Positions 37,918 through 47,380 are shown, counted from the stretch's first letter. The stretch is DNA of 64,000 bases from a virus (IMGVR_UViG_3300028326_000328:8331-72330), one strand, 5' to 3'. Translations and numbers: made by a program. The notes: generated by a model from the letters alone, not told the origin.

Positions 37918-39179
37918 TTGGTTTCCTCCTTTGGTTTGCGGCCAGACGAAGGGGCCGGGTTTGCGTTCCCGCCCTTTTCAGCCGCCGTGATGGGGATCAT
38001 GTTGCCGTTGACCAGATAGGCATTGCCGCCATCCGCATCCGGGAGCGGATTGAGGTTTTCGAGGTCGCGGATGTCGTTGGCGCTCATCCAGCCGTTTTGG
38101 CGGGCAATGGCGTAGCCTTCCATGCGCTCCTTGTACGCGCCCCGCATCAGGCCGTCCATGTTGATGCGCACAAAAAAACGCCCTTTCTCCTTTTCGGAGA
38201 AGAGCGCGCGGTTCATGGACTGCTCGATGCGAACGAGCCATGGCCGGATGGTGTGGACGCCAAAGGAGATGGACTGGTGCTCGATGTTTGAGAAGGTGGC
38301 GTGTTCCAGATCGCCCACCAGATGCGGGGGCACCCGGAAGATGCGGCAGATCTCCGAAACTTGGAATTTCCGCGTTTCGAGGAACTGTGCTTCGTTGTTC
38401 GGCATGGAGATGCGTTCAAAACGAAGCCCTTCTTCCAAGATTGCCACGCGGTTGGCGTTGGCGGAGCCGCCATAGGCGGCGTTCCAGCTTTCGCGCAGCG
38501 CCTTGGGGTTCTTGACCGTATTGGGGTGGGTCAAGACACCAGCTGGGGTTGCGCCGTTGGCGAAAAACTTGGAACCGTACTCCTCGGCGGCAATCCCCAA
38601 GCCAATCGCGCTTTTCTCCAGTGCGATGGGGCTGTAGCCCACCACGCCGTCAAAACCCAAACCGGGGATGTGCAGCACCTCTTCCGGCGCAAGCCGGACG
38701 GTACGGCCCTCCGTGGTGGTGTAGGTGTAGGTCAGGGCACCCGCGCTGTTGCGGTCAACCTCCATGCGATCCGGCAGGAGCGGATAGAGGCCCACGATCT
38801 GGCTGCGACCGCTGCGGACGATCTGGCTATAAGAGTTGCCCCACAACAGCAGATGCGAGAGCATGACCTCGCGCAGAATGAAGGAAGTCATTTCATCGTT
38901 CGGCTCGTCATGGAGCAACCGAAACAGGGGATGCTCCAGCGCCTTGACGCTGCCGGTGTCCGTGTTCTCATAAACGTGGAGCGGCAAGCTGGCGACCGTT
39001 TCAGCGATTACCCGCACACAGGCGTACACCGCCGACACCTGAATGGCCGATTGAGCCGTGACGGATTTGCCCGCGCCGCTGGAGCCAAAGTAGAAGGCGA
39101 GCGCGGCGGACACGGCGTTTTGCAGCGTGGGCCGCCCTTCCGGCTTATCGCGTGACCGGAATAGGCCGAGTAAATTCAT
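37914..39179 (-). CDS. Portal protein, HK97 family
   Basis: VYACVRVIAETVASLPL, HLLLWGN, VLHI, ILEEG, QFLETR, IFRVPPH. Confidence 0.95.
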   Translation of the reverse strand: MNLLGLFRSRDKPEGRPTLQNAVSAALAFYFGSSGAGKSVTAQSAIQVSAVYACVRVIAETVASLPLHVYENTDTGSVKALEHPLFRLLHDEPNDEMTSFILREVMLSHLLLWGNSYSQIVRSGRSQIVGLYPLLPDRMEVDRNSAGALTYTYTTTEGRTVRLAPEEVLHIPGLGFDGVVGYSPIALEKSAIGLGIAAEEYGSKFFANGATPAGVLTHPNTVKNPKALRESWNAAYGGSANANRVAILEEGLRFERISMPNNEAQFLETRKFQVSEICRIFRVPPHLVGDLEHATFSNIEHQSISFGVHTIRPWLVRIEQSMNRALFSEKEKGRFFVRINMDGLMRGAYKERMEGYAIARQNGWMSANDIRDLENLNPLPDADGGNAYLVNGNMIPITAAEKGGNANPAPSSGRKPKEETK

Positions 39180-39199
39180 TCAGTTGCACCTCCATTGGA

Positions 39200-39526
39200 T
39201 TACAAACCCGATCCGGTCTTTTTGTCGTGACAGGGCTTGCACAAGGCTTGCCAGTTGGTTTCATCCCAGAACAGCGTTTCGTCCCCGCGATGCGGAACGA
39301 TATGGTCAACGACCGTGGCGGGCGCGAGCAGTCCCTCCCTTCGGCACTCCACGCAAAGGGGATGTCGGCGGAGGTAGCGCGCACGTGCGCTGCGCCATTT
39401 GCCGCCATAGCCACGCTCGGTGGCGCTTTCACGGGCGTACTTCGCCCGGTGCTGTTCGCAATAGGTGCCGTCCGATAAATTGGGGCATCCCGGATGGCGG
39501 CAAGGGCGTTTTGGCTTCTTCGGCAT
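39200..39526 (-). CDS. HNH endonuclease (terminase-associated type)
   Basis: RPCRHPGC, RGYG..W, HPLCVEC, VVDHIVPH, NWQALCKPCH. Confidence 0.9.
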   Translation of the reverse strand: MPKKPKRPCRHPGCPNLSDGTYCEQHRAKYARESATERGYGGKWRSARARYLRRHPLCVECRREGLLAPATVVDHIVPHRGDETLFWDETNWQALCKPCHDKKTGSGL

Positions 39527-39536
39527 AGCAGTTCCT

Positions 39537-41090
39537 TCATATAAGAAGCAGACCTCGTTCGTCATAAACGGAGCCGCCATTTTGATTCTTCATCGCCCGA
39601 TCCAGCGCCATGACCAACGCCACAGCGCCGTCCACTTTCTCGGTCGATTTCTCTTTGTCGATTTTGAGGTTTCCTGCCGGATCGGTGCGGACGAAGGCGT
39701 TGTCCATGTTCCAACGGAGAACCGGGTGCCCGCCATGGTTGAGCTTCCTCTCAAGGACGATACGCATAAGCTCCTTCGTCGGCGGGCTCATGTCTTTATA
39801 TCCCTGGCCGAAGGGTACCATCGTAAAACCGTCGTCCTCCAGCGCCTGCACCATCATCGTGGCGTTCCAGCGGTCGTAGGCGATTTCTCGGATGTTGTAC
39901 CGCTCGCCCAGCTGGACGATGAACCGCTCAATGTGGCCATAATGCACCACATTCCCTTCGGTGGTCTGGATGAAATCCTGACGCTCCCAGACATCGTACA
40001 TCACATGATCGCGCCGGACGCGAAGGCCCAGCGTTTCGTCCGGCAGCCAGAAGAAGGGCAGCACGATGTACGGTTCGTCCTCGTTCTCGGGCGGGAACAC
40101 CAACACCAGCGTGGTCAGGTCGGAAGTAGAAGAGAGGTCAAGCCCCGCGTAGCAGGCCCGGCCCTCCAAAGCTGAAGCGTCAACCACACCACCGCATTCG
40201 TCCCATCGATCCATGGGCATCCAGCGGATGGACTGCTTCACCCATTGATTCAGGCGAAGCTGCCGGAACATATTCTCATCGGCAGGCGTTTCTATGGCCT
40301 TGCGATAAGCATCCCGCACCTTGTCGATGGAGATGGTGTGGCCCAAGGAGGGATTGCACTTGTACCAGTTCTTTTCATTCTGCCAGTCCTCGTTCTCTCC
40401 GAGGCCAAAGATGGTCGGGTAGAAGCGGGGATCGGCTTTCCGACCTTCGAGGATATCCAGCGCCTTTTGGTGAACCTCCCAGCAAATGCTGTTCCGGTCG
40501 GTTCCCGCTGTGGTGAGCAGGAACCAGAGCGGCTGTTTTCGGGCGTCGCCGCTGCCTTGGGTCATCACGTCGTAAAGCGCGCGCGTTGGTTGGGTGTGAA
40601 GCTCATCGAAAATGCAGGCGCTGACGTTCAGGCCGTGTTTGGTGGCCACCTCACTCGACAACACCTGATAGATGCTCCCCGTGGGCTGGTAGATCATCCG
40701 CTTGGTGGAGGGGATGATCTTGATCCGCTTCATGAGCGCGGGGGACTGCTTAACCATATCAACGGCGACATCGAAAACGATGCCTGCTTGTTGCCTGTCA
40801 GCAGCACAGCTATACACCTCGGCCTTCCACTCACTGTCGTTCACCAGCATATTGAGCGCAATGGCCGCGCCAAGTTCGGACTTACCTTGTTTCTTGGGGA
40901 TTTCAATGTAAGCCGTGGTGTACTGGCGCATCGTCGGGTCATCCTCCCGAACCGTGCCGAACACATCCGAGATGATCTTCTCCTGCCAAGGGAGAAGCTG
41001 AAAGTTCTTCCCATGGAATTCGCCCTTTGTATGCTTCAAACACTGGACAAAATCGATCACGCGGCGGGCCTTTGCAGGATCAAACGCCAT
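39537..41090 (-). CDS. terL: Terminase large subunit
   Basis: IPKKQGKS (Walker A), IFDELH (Walker B), GLDLSSTSD, YDRW, KVDG. Confidence 0.95.
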   Translation of the reverse strand: MAFDPAKARRVIDFVQCLKHTKGEFHGKNFQLLPWQEKIISDVFGTVREDDPTMRQYTTAYIEIPKKQGKSELGAAIALNMLVNDSEWKAEVYSCAADRQQAGIVFDVAVDMVKQSPALMKRIKIIPSTKRMIYQPTGSIYQVLSSEVATKHGLNVSACIFDELHTQPTRALYDVMTQGSGDARKQPLWFLLTTAGTDRNSICWEVHQKALDILEGRKADPRFYPTIFGLGENEDWQNEKNWYKCNPSLGHTISIDKVRDAYRKAIETPADENMFRQLRLNQWVKQSIRWMPMDRWDECGGVVDASALEGRACYAGLDLSSTSDLTTLVLVFPPENEDEPYIVLPFFWLPDETLGLRVRRDHVMYDVWERQDFIQTTEGNVVHYGHIERFIVQLGERYNIREIAYDRWNATMMVQALEDDGFTMVPFGQGYKDMSPPTKELMRIVLERKLNHGGHPVLRWNMDNAFVRTDPAGNLKIDKEKSTEKVDGAVALVMALDRAMKNQNGGSVYDERGLLLI

Positions 41091-41583
41091 TGTTCCAGCC
41101 CCCTTTCAGGAGCCTTTCCATTGGATCGTCCGCAAAGGTATTGTCTGAACCGCCGCCCGCCGCGATGATCCGGGCGCGGGTAGCCGGGGTCAGGCCAAAC
41201 TCGGTGCAGAAGCTCTGCATGATCTTCAGGTTCTGTTGGGCGATGGACACCTGCGGCACCTGCTGGACGTAGCCGGACGGCGTTTTGAAGATAGAGCCAT
41301 GCTGGGTGATGAATTCCTCAGCTTCCCGCCAACGGGCATATGCCTGACAATAGCCTGCGAAGGCAGTCAGGTCAGCCATGGTCAGCACACCCATGGCTTC
41401 CAGCGAGGTGGCCAGCCGTTTCCATTCCTTTTTCGCCTCGGGCAGCAGCCATGCGGGGCATTTCAAGTCGCCCTTGGGCGGGACAGGTTCGTGTTCGTTG
41501 ATCGGGCGCTTGCCCGGATTGCCTTCCAATATCCGCATAGCCGTAGGCTTGGGCTTTCTGCCTCTGGTCGCCAACCGGCACAC
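41080..41583 (-). CDS. terS: Terminase small subunit, P27 family
   Basis: GRKPKPT, LEGNPGKR, AKKEW, YCQAY, FGLTPATR. Confidence 0.92.
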   Translation of the reverse strand: MCRLATRGRKPKPTAMRILEGNPGKRPINEHEPVPPKGDLKCPAWLLPEAKKEWKRLATSLEAMGVLTMADLTAFAGYCQAYARWREAEEFITQHGSIFKTPSGYVQQVPQVSIAQQNLKIMQSFCTEFGLTPATRARIIAAGGGSDNTFADDPMERLLKGGWNNGV

Positions 41584-41639
41584 CTCCTTTCTCGTGAAAA
41601 TAAGAAAAGCGCCACTGGCGCTTGAGTCTGTTTACGGTT

Positions 41640-43766
41640 TCAGGCCATGGCAGCCATCATCATCGATACTTCCCTATCGGGCAGTGCTTTCTGATAAACT
41701 GTCAGGTGGCTTACGGTCACGGCGCTGAACCGGAATTTTGTCAGATGGTCGGTATCCTGACAGCCAATGAGCAAATTCCCCAGATACGGCTTCTCAAGTG
41801 AGGTGTTCTTCCGTTCCGCGACAAAAATACCATCTTTGAGGATGCGATAGCTGTGGCGGTTTTTGATAATCGCCAGCACGGAGTACATCTCAGAGTTTCC
41901 CGGTACGACGCCGCCAAAGTTGCGCCCAACGATGACATTGACCTCGTCCCCGACGCAGTTGTAGTCGCGCCGGATCAGCAACCCCTCGTAATTCGGGAAA
42001 ATCTCTGAAAAGCACGAACAGATGACCTTTTCCTCGGAAGCGATTGCGTTTGCATAGCGGAGGATCAGTGTCCAGTCACGGTCAATGTTGTCGAAGATGC
42101 GGATGCCGGTATCCACATAAGCGCCTATGCCATCGCCGATGAACGGTTCCGGCAGGTTGTACAGAACACGGCCATGATTGCCGTTCGCCGTGGTGCGCAG
42201 GTTGCGGATCATGTAATCCACGTATTGTGCTCGCCGTGGGATGTACTCTCGCAGCTGATCCAGATCGCGCACCATCATCTCGATGTCGGGCCACGCTTTT
42301 ACGTCCTCGCCATACAATCGTTGGGGGATGCGCTCCGTATACTCCTCGAAAGCCGCCAGAATGGTGGCCGTGTTGAGTGCGCTTGTGCGCAGTTCCTCGT
42401 AGCGGGCGGCCAATTCATCGGGGAAGCATCTGACCAGCTTTTCCCACAAGCGACTATTTGGGCAGTCGTATTCATCAGGGCATTTTCGGTCGTAGCTGAT
42501 TGCGCTCTTCCCATCCCAGATGACACCCCATAAGCTGTCGAGATCATAGAGGCTGGGAAACCATACCTGACGGTCAAAGGTGACCATTAGCATATTCTTG
42601 GCGAGGTTGTCGGTGGCAGCCGAAAGATAGGCAAAACAATAGTAGTTCAGGCAGGCGTTCAGGTCAAGGAATTGTCCGAGCCGCTCCCGAAAATCGGTAT
42701 CGTTTGCATCGCGTACAAATTCCACCATGCGATTGAACGCGACCAGCGCCGAACCATCGTCCCGGCCATACTCCACCGACCATTCCTCGGACGTAGCGCT
42801 TTGCTGAAATGCGCATGAGTCGGTTTGAGTTTCCGCACACATAATCAGGGCCGTTTCTTTTTCTTCATCGCCTAAGCCGAACAACCAGCCAGCCTTGGGA
42901 ATCGTCCAGCTGTACAGGCCCACGCAAACGCCATTTATGTGAAGCAGCACAGGGAACCCATCGATCAGTCCTCGATTGGGCGTACCTTGAAAAAGACCGT
43001 ACTGCTTCTGCATCCCGGCTGCCAGCCGAGCGGAAACCATGTTGCAGGCATGTGTCCGGTCTACCCAATCCGCCTTGAGAACATAGCGATTCTGCGCCCC
43101 CCAGCCAGAGCGCAGGATTACGTTCTTCTTTTCAACAAGTCCATCATCCTCGTGCAGGTAAACGGTGAAGTTCTTCTTGGGATAGTTGAGTGAGGACGTT
43201 CCTTGCGGCTTCATCCGAAGGGCGCAATCAAAGTTCAGCGCGGCGCTTCGATAGGAGAGCCGCGCAATACGCTCATCGGCTTTTCCATTCCAGTCCGTCA
43301 GGTAATCGCCTTCAATAAAGACCTTGGGTATATCCGAATCCAGCCGCGCGACCAAGCGGGTAAGCTGGTCTGTCCATGCCTGTCCGACACTTGCGGGAGC
43401 GGGGCCTTTGGCAAGCGCAGTATTTACGGTTGCCGCAGCAGATGAAGTTTTCATCAGCCGCCCATCCCGCTCGGCGCACACCTCAAAGCTCACATTTCCG
43501 GGCGCAGCAAGCACCTCGGACGGAATTAGGGCACTCAACTTGCCATCTTCGGGAGCTATACCAGCAAGGAGCGGCCAAGTCGCCTGATCTGGCAAACGCA
43601 CCAGTACACTGTACACGGCCCCTTCAAAGGCTTGTGTCCATCCGCCCACATCGACCACCAATTGAGTAGCTTCTACCTCGCCACAGCGGCCAAGAACCTT
43701 CGTCGATCCTTTGATGGAAAGCGTGCCCCCGGAGGAAACCGTGAGTTCAAACCTTCTCAACGACAT
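41640..43766 (-). CDS. CotH-kinase-domain protein with a BppU-like N-terminus and a lectin-like C-terminus
   Basis: QGTSS..YPKKNF, YVLKAD, GLYSW, DNLAKNM, YDLDSLWG. Start moved to MSLRRF (GGAGGTG RBS). Confidence 0.75.
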   Translation of the reverse strand: MSLRRFELTVSSGGTLSIKGSTKVLGRCGEVEATQLVVDVGGWTQAFEGAVYSVLVRLPDQATWPLLAGIAPEDGKLSALIPSEVLAAPGNVSFEVCAERDGRLMKTSSAAATVNTALAKGPAPASVGQAWTDQLTRLVARLDSDIPKVFIEGDYLTDWNGKADERIARLSYRSAALNFDCALRMKPQGTSSLNYPKKNFTVYLHEDDGLVEKKNVILRSGWGAQNRYVLKADWVDRTHACNMVSARLAAGMQKQYGLFQGTPNRGLIDGFPVLLHINGVCVGLYSWTIPKAGWLFGLGDEEKETALIMCAETQTDSCAFQQSATSEEWSVEYGRDDGSALVAFNRMVEFVRDANDTDFRERLGQFLDLNACLNYYCFAYLSAATDNLAKNMLMVTFDRQVWFPSLYDLDSLWGVIWDGKSAISYDRKCPDEYDCPNSRLWEKLVRCFPDELAARYEELRTSALNTATILAAFEEYTERIPQRLYGEDVKAWPDIEMMVRDLDQLREYIPRRAQYVDYMIRNLRTTANGNHGRVLYNLPEPFIGDGIGAYVDTGIRIFDNIDRDWTLILRYANAIASEEKVICSCFSEIFPNYEGLLIRRDYNCVGDEVNVIVGRNFGGVVPGNSEMYSVLAIIKNRHSYRILKDGIFVAERKNTSLEKPYLGNLLIGCQDTDHLTKFRFSAVTVSHLTVYQKALPDREVSMMMAAMA

Positions 43767-45012
43767 CACCTCCACGGAAAACTTGGTCGTAGGCGAGCAC
43801 ATCGCGGCCACGTAGAACCTCCACGCCGACAGCCCCACCGACCTGATTGACATACCGCTGCACAATGACGCTGGCGTACTTGGGATCAAGCTCCATCGTC
43901 CGGCAGATGCGGTCGGTCTGCTCACAGGCGATGAGCGTACTGCCAGAGCCGCCAAAAAGATCAAGCACCACGCCGTTGGGCGCGGAGCTATTCTTGATGG
44001 GATAGGCCAGCAGCGGAATCGGCTTCATCGTGGGATGCTCGGCGCTGCGCTTGGGTTTGTCGAAGTTCCAGATGGTGGATTGCTTGCGGTCGGCGAACCA
44101 CCGGTGCTTCCCGTTGGGTAGCCAGCCAAACAGGATCGGCTCATGCTGCCACTGGTAGGGCGAGCGCCCCAGCACCAAAGAGTTCTTGGCCCAGATGCAT
44201 ACGCCGCTGATGTGGAAGCCCGCCTCTTTGAAGGCGCGCCGGAAGTTCAAGCCCTCCGTGTCGGCATGGAAGATGTAGGCCGAACCGCCCTCGGCCATAT
44301 GCGCGGCCATGTTGCGGAACGCAGCCAGCAGGAAATCAAAGAACTTCCCGTCCGACATGCTGTCGTTCTGGATGGACTTGCCGTCCGCGCTTTCGTAGGC
44401 GACATTATAGGGAGGGTCGGTCACCACAAGGTTGGCTTTCAGGCCATCCATGAGCAAGACCACATCGGCCTCGCTGGTAGCGTCGCCGCAGACCATCCGG
44501 TGCCGTCCCAGCGTCCAAATGTCGCCGGACTCCACGAAGGGCTTGATCCCCTCCGGGTCGATGTCGCACTCGTCGTCCTTGACGTCCTTGTCGTGAACCT
44601 TGGAGAACAGGTCATCAATCTCAGCGGCATCAAAGCCGGTCGCGCCGAGGTCGTAGCCATTCTGCTGGAGGTCTGAGAGCAGGTCGGCCAACGCCACAGG
44701 CTCCCATTCACCGACCGCTTTGTTGAGGGCGATGTTGAGGGCCTTTTCGTCCTGCGGGTTTTCGATATGCACCACAACGCAATCGATCTCCGTAGCGCCC
44801 TCGGCGGTAAGCACCTTGTACCGCTGATGGCCGCCCACGATGTTGCCGGTCACCTCATTCCAGATCACGGGATCGACATAGCCGAATTCCTTGAGGCTGC
44901 GCCTGATCTTCTCGAAGGCCGGATCGCCGGGCTTGAGGTCTTTGCGCGGGTTATACTTCGCGGGCTTGAGCCGCTCCACGGCGATCCGCTGCAAGTTCAT
45001 GGTCGTGTTCAC
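43747..45012 (-). CDS. ParB-like domain fused to an N6/N4 DNA methyltransferase
   Basis: YNPRK, FGYVDP, VGGHQR (ParB/Srx); TDPPYNV, HPTMKP, LDLFGGSGST. Start is a GTG after GAAGGAGG. Confidence 0.9.
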   Translation of the reverse strand: MNTTMNLQRIAVERLKPAKYNPRKDLKPGDPAFEKIRRSLKEFGYVDPVIWNEVTGNIVGGHQRYKVLTAEGATEIDCVVVHIENPQDEKALNIALNKAVGEWEPVALADLLSDLQQNGYDLGATGFDAAEIDDLFSKVHDKDVKDDECDIDPEGIKPFVESGDIWTLGRHRMVCGDATSEADVVLLMDGLKANLVVTDPPYNVAYESADGKSIQNDSMSDGKFFDFLLAAFRNMAAHMAEGGSAYIFHADTEGLNFRRAFKEAGFHISGVCIWAKNSLVLGRSPYQWQHEPILFGWLPNGKHRWFADRKQSTIWNFDKPKRSAEHPTMKPIPLLAYPIKNSSAPNGVVLDLFGGSGSTLIACEQTDRICRTMELDPKYASVIVQRYVNQVGGAVGVEVLRGRDVLAYDQVFRGGDVVEKV

Positions 45013-45068
45013 CGGGTTTCCTCCTTCAACAGCAACAGCCGCCCAATCGGACGGCTGATTTTTCGTTT

Positions 45069-45170
45069 TGGGGGCTGATACCCCCACCCCCGAATTTCGC
45101 GGGATTTCACGCGAGAGGGGGGCGCGGTCTCCAGCCGGGGCGCTCCAGAGATCGAATCCCCCCTCCCCAA
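45069..45170 (-). other. cos-like packaging-initiation region
   Basis: GGGGAGGGGGG..GATCTCT...GACCGCGCCCCC..TCGCGTGAAA..CGCGAAATT resembles, from memory, the motif upstream of terS in HK97-like Firmicutes phages. Confidence 0.55.
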
Positions 45171-45175
45171 TACAG

Positions 45176-45358
45176 TTTCGCAGAGCAAAGCGCGAAAGCC
45201 GACCACGGCGGTGGACTTTCGCACGGCGAAGCGCGAAAGCCGACCGCGCCGCTGGGACTTCTGCGAAGCAAAGCGCAAAACCCACCACGGCGGTGGGACT
45301 TCTGCGAAGCAAAGCGCAAAAGCCGACCGCGCCGGTCGGGCTTTCGCAGAGCAAAGCG
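45176..45358. repeat. 4.4 tandem imperfect repeats of 41-42 bp, alternating A/B, each with two hairpins
   Basis: Units start at 45176, 45217, 45259, 45300 and 45342; consensus TTYYGC..AGCAAAGCGCRAAAGCCGACC-N-GGAC. Confidence 0.9.
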
Positions 45359-45481
45359 GAGAAGCGTTTTCGGGAAAAAACGGGCGGCGGGCGGGCGAAA
45401 ACGGGCCGCGCGAAAGGCGCTTCCTATATAGCGCGTGGGGCCGCCGCCGTATCAGAAAAGACGCAAAAACGTCGCCGTTAG

Positions 45482-45517
45482 TTATCTTGCGTTTTTGCGC
45501 CGCCGGAGTGATGAATG
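45482..45517 (+). promoter_or_regulatory. TTATCTTG-type promoter-like motif driving the hammerhead operon
   Basis: TTATC-TTGCGT-N13-GAGTGATGAATG. Confidence 0.6.
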
Positions 45518-45584
45518 GGTCGCGGCAAAAAACGCCGCCGCCGCGGGCGGGAAAAACCGCCGGGCGCGAAAGGGGAACCCCGCC

Positions 45585-45932
45585 GTGACCACCGCCGAAA
45601 AAACCGCCGCCGAAACCTTCTGCGCCGCCGCCGCCGCGCAAACCGCCGAAACCCGCGCCGCCGCCGACCGGGCCTTCCGGGCCAGCGCCCGCGCCGCCGA
45701 GGTGCCCTTCCGCGAAACCCGCGCCGCCGCCGCCCGCGCCAGCGAGGACGCCCGTCGCGCCGCCGAAAAAGCCGACGCCCTTTTGGACGGCTTTGACCCG
45801 GAGCCCTACAGCGACGGGCCGGGCGGGCTTTTCGACCAGACCTTTCAGGCCCTCATGGCGGCACACATGGCCCTAGACAGCGCCGCCCGCCGCGCCGCCT
45901 TCGCCGCCCGGTGTGCCCAAGAGAAGGCGTAG
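45585..45932 (+). CDS. Ala-rich, T-poor hypothetical protein (115 aa)
   Basis: GTG start after AAAGGGGA; first ORF after the promoter; its TAG abuts hammerhead 1. Confidence 0.55.
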   Translation: MTTAEKTAAETFCAAAAAQTAETRAAADRAFRASARAAEVPFRETRAAAARASEDARRAAEKADALLDGFDPEPYSDGPGGLFDQTFQALMAAHMALDSAARRAAFAARCAQEKA

Positions 45933-45933
45933 G

Positions 45934-45995
45934 CCCGCCCGATGAGGGCCGGTGGCTCCGGCCCGAAACGCGCACACCGCGCGTCGCGGGAAGCC
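45934..45995 (+). ncRNA. Type I hammerhead ribozyme HH1 (C3-C4 variant core)
   Basis: CCCGC / CCGAUGA / GGGCCGG-uggcu-CCGGCCC / GAAA / CGCGC-acacc-GCGCG / UC / GCGGG-AAGCC; predicted cut after C45985. Confidence 0.8.
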
Positions 45996-46023
45996 GCAAA
46001 AACACGAAAGGAGAGGTCTCCTC

Positions 46024-46890
46024 ATGAAAGACCAGACATTCGGCATTGAGATTGAAATGAACCACATCTCTCGCGCCAAGGCGGCGGAGGTCATCGCCGC
46101 GCATTTCGGCACACGCGTGGAATTTGTCGGCGGCACCTACGACACCCGGTGTGTGCCCGACGGGCAAGGCCGCAAATGGAAGGTGGTGTCCGACGCCAGC
46201 ATCGATGGGCCTGCCAACGAGCGCACGGAATTTGTCAGCCCCATCTGCCGGTGGGAGGACATCGAAACGGTACAGGAATTGGTGCGCAACCTCCGCAAGG
46301 CGGGCGCGCGACCCGACCCCAGCTGCGGCATCCACGTCCACATCGGGCGCGGGCGGCACACGCCCAAAACCCTTCGGAATTTGGTCAACTTGGTCAACGC
46401 CAAGGAGGACTTGCTTACGCTGGCTCTCCAAATCTCGCCCGAGCGCCGCGAGCGGTGGTGCAAAAGAATCGACCCCGACTTCCTCGAACGCCTGAACCGC
46501 CGCAAACCGCAAACCGACGCCGCCTTCGCCCAGCTTTGGTACAACACCTCCGGCTGGCAATCACACGCCAACCAGCACTACGACCAAAGTCGCTACCGGC
46601 TCCTAAATCTACACAGCGTTTTCCAAAAGGGCACGGTGGAATTCCGCGCCTTCAACGCGACGCTCCACGCGGGCGAGGTCAAGACCTACATCCAGCTTTG
46701 CATGGCGATTTCGCACATGGCTTTGGAATCAAGTTCGGCCTCCCCGCGCCGCCCGGAAACGGACAACCCGAAGTACACCTTCCGGTGCTGGCTCCTCCGG
46801 CTGGGGTTCATCGGCCCGGAGTTTGAAACCGCCCGCCAGCACCTGCTCAAATACCTGCCCGGCAACGCCGCTTGGAGACAGGCGGGCTGA
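46024..46890 (+). CDS. Amidoligase family protein (Amidoligase_2)
   Basis: TFGIEIE, DASI, EFVSP, SCGIHVHIG, RYRLLNL, KGTVEFR. Confidence 0.9.
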   Translation: MKDQTFGIEIEMNHISRAKAAEVIAAHFGTRVEFVGGTYDTRCVPDGQGRKWKVVSDASIDGPANERTEFVSPICRWEDIETVQELVRNLRKAGARPDPSCGIHVHIGRGRHTPKTLRNLVNLVNAKEDLLTLALQISPERRERWCKRIDPDFLERLNRRKPQTDAAFAQLWYNTSGWQSHANQHYDQSRYRLLNLHSVFQKGTVEFRAFNATLHAGEVKTYIQLCMAISHMALESSSASPRRPETDNPKYTFRCWLLRLGFIGPEFETARQHLLKYLPGNAAWRQAG

Positions 46891-46931
46891 CGCCCGACCG
46901 GCACAGCTTCCAAATCAAGTGTGCTGTGCCG

Positions 46932-46990
46932 CCCGCCCGACGAGGCTGATTGGCCATCAGCCGAAACGTGCCACACGTCGCGGGAAGCCA
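46932..46990 (+). ncRNA. Type I hammerhead ribozyme HH2 (C3-C4 variant core)
   Basis: CCCGC / CCGACGA / GGCUGAU-uggcc-AUCAGCC / GAAA / CGUG-cca-CACG / UC / GCGGG-AAGCCA; predicted cut after C46979. Confidence 0.8.
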
Positions 46991-47038
46991 CCGGCAGTGC
47001 CGGTACCAAAGCCCCCAAATCAAGCGAGGAGGTACACC

Positions 47039-47272
47039 ATGAACGAACGTATCCACCAAGAAATCCGAGGACTCCTGAATCACATGCGCCAAGAGCCATT
47101 CAATACGCGCGAACACGCCCTCAACATCGCCGCAATCGGTGGCATGCTCACAGCCATCAGGTTCATCACCGGCGAAAGCTGGGCGATGGTCAACGCAAAT
47201 CGCGCGACCCGGATGCACATCCAGAACGAAAGGACGGGCGAGTGCATCGAGGGGGATGTCGAAATGTTCTGA
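47039..47272 (+). CDS. Small hypothetical protein (77 aa)
   Basis: GAGGAGG RBS; MNERIHQEIRG...DVEMF; flanked by HH2 and HH3. Confidence 0.7.
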   Translation: MNERIHQEIRGLLNHMRQEPFNTREHALNIAAIGGMLTAIRFITGESWAMVNANRATRMHIQNERTGECIEGDVEMF

Positions 47273-47278
47273 AATAAG

Positions 47279-47349
47279 CCCGCCTGACGAGCAGCCCGGT
47301 GGCTCCGGGCCGAAACGCTCCGAAATCAACCGGAGCATCGCGGGAAGCC
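47279..47349 (+). ncRNA. Type I hammerhead ribozyme HH3
   Basis: CCCGC / CUGACGA / G(ca)GCCCGG-uggcu-CCGGGC-C / GAAA / c-GCUCCG-aaaucaac-CGGAGC-a / UC / GCGGG-AAGCC; AUC site with a C-A mismatch; predicted cut after C47339. Confidence 0.8.
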
Positions 47350-47380
47350 CAGCTTCCAAATCAAACGCAGGAGGTACACC

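Noticed and set aside
45176-45358. CRISPR array
   Set aside because: The units are contiguous with no unique spacers, the variable parts alternate A/B, and no cas operon is present.
45009-45866. Overlapping long ORFs across the repeat and GC-rich region, including the 114-codon N-terminal extension of 43747-45354
   Set aside because: They translate the tandem repeat and the cos-like DNA, lack RBSs, and arise because stop codons are rare in GC-rich sequence.
27483-46560. Many long antisense ORFs opposite tail, head, terminase and amidoligase genes
   Set aside because: These are shadow frames of GC-rich coding sequence with no recognisable motifs or RBS.
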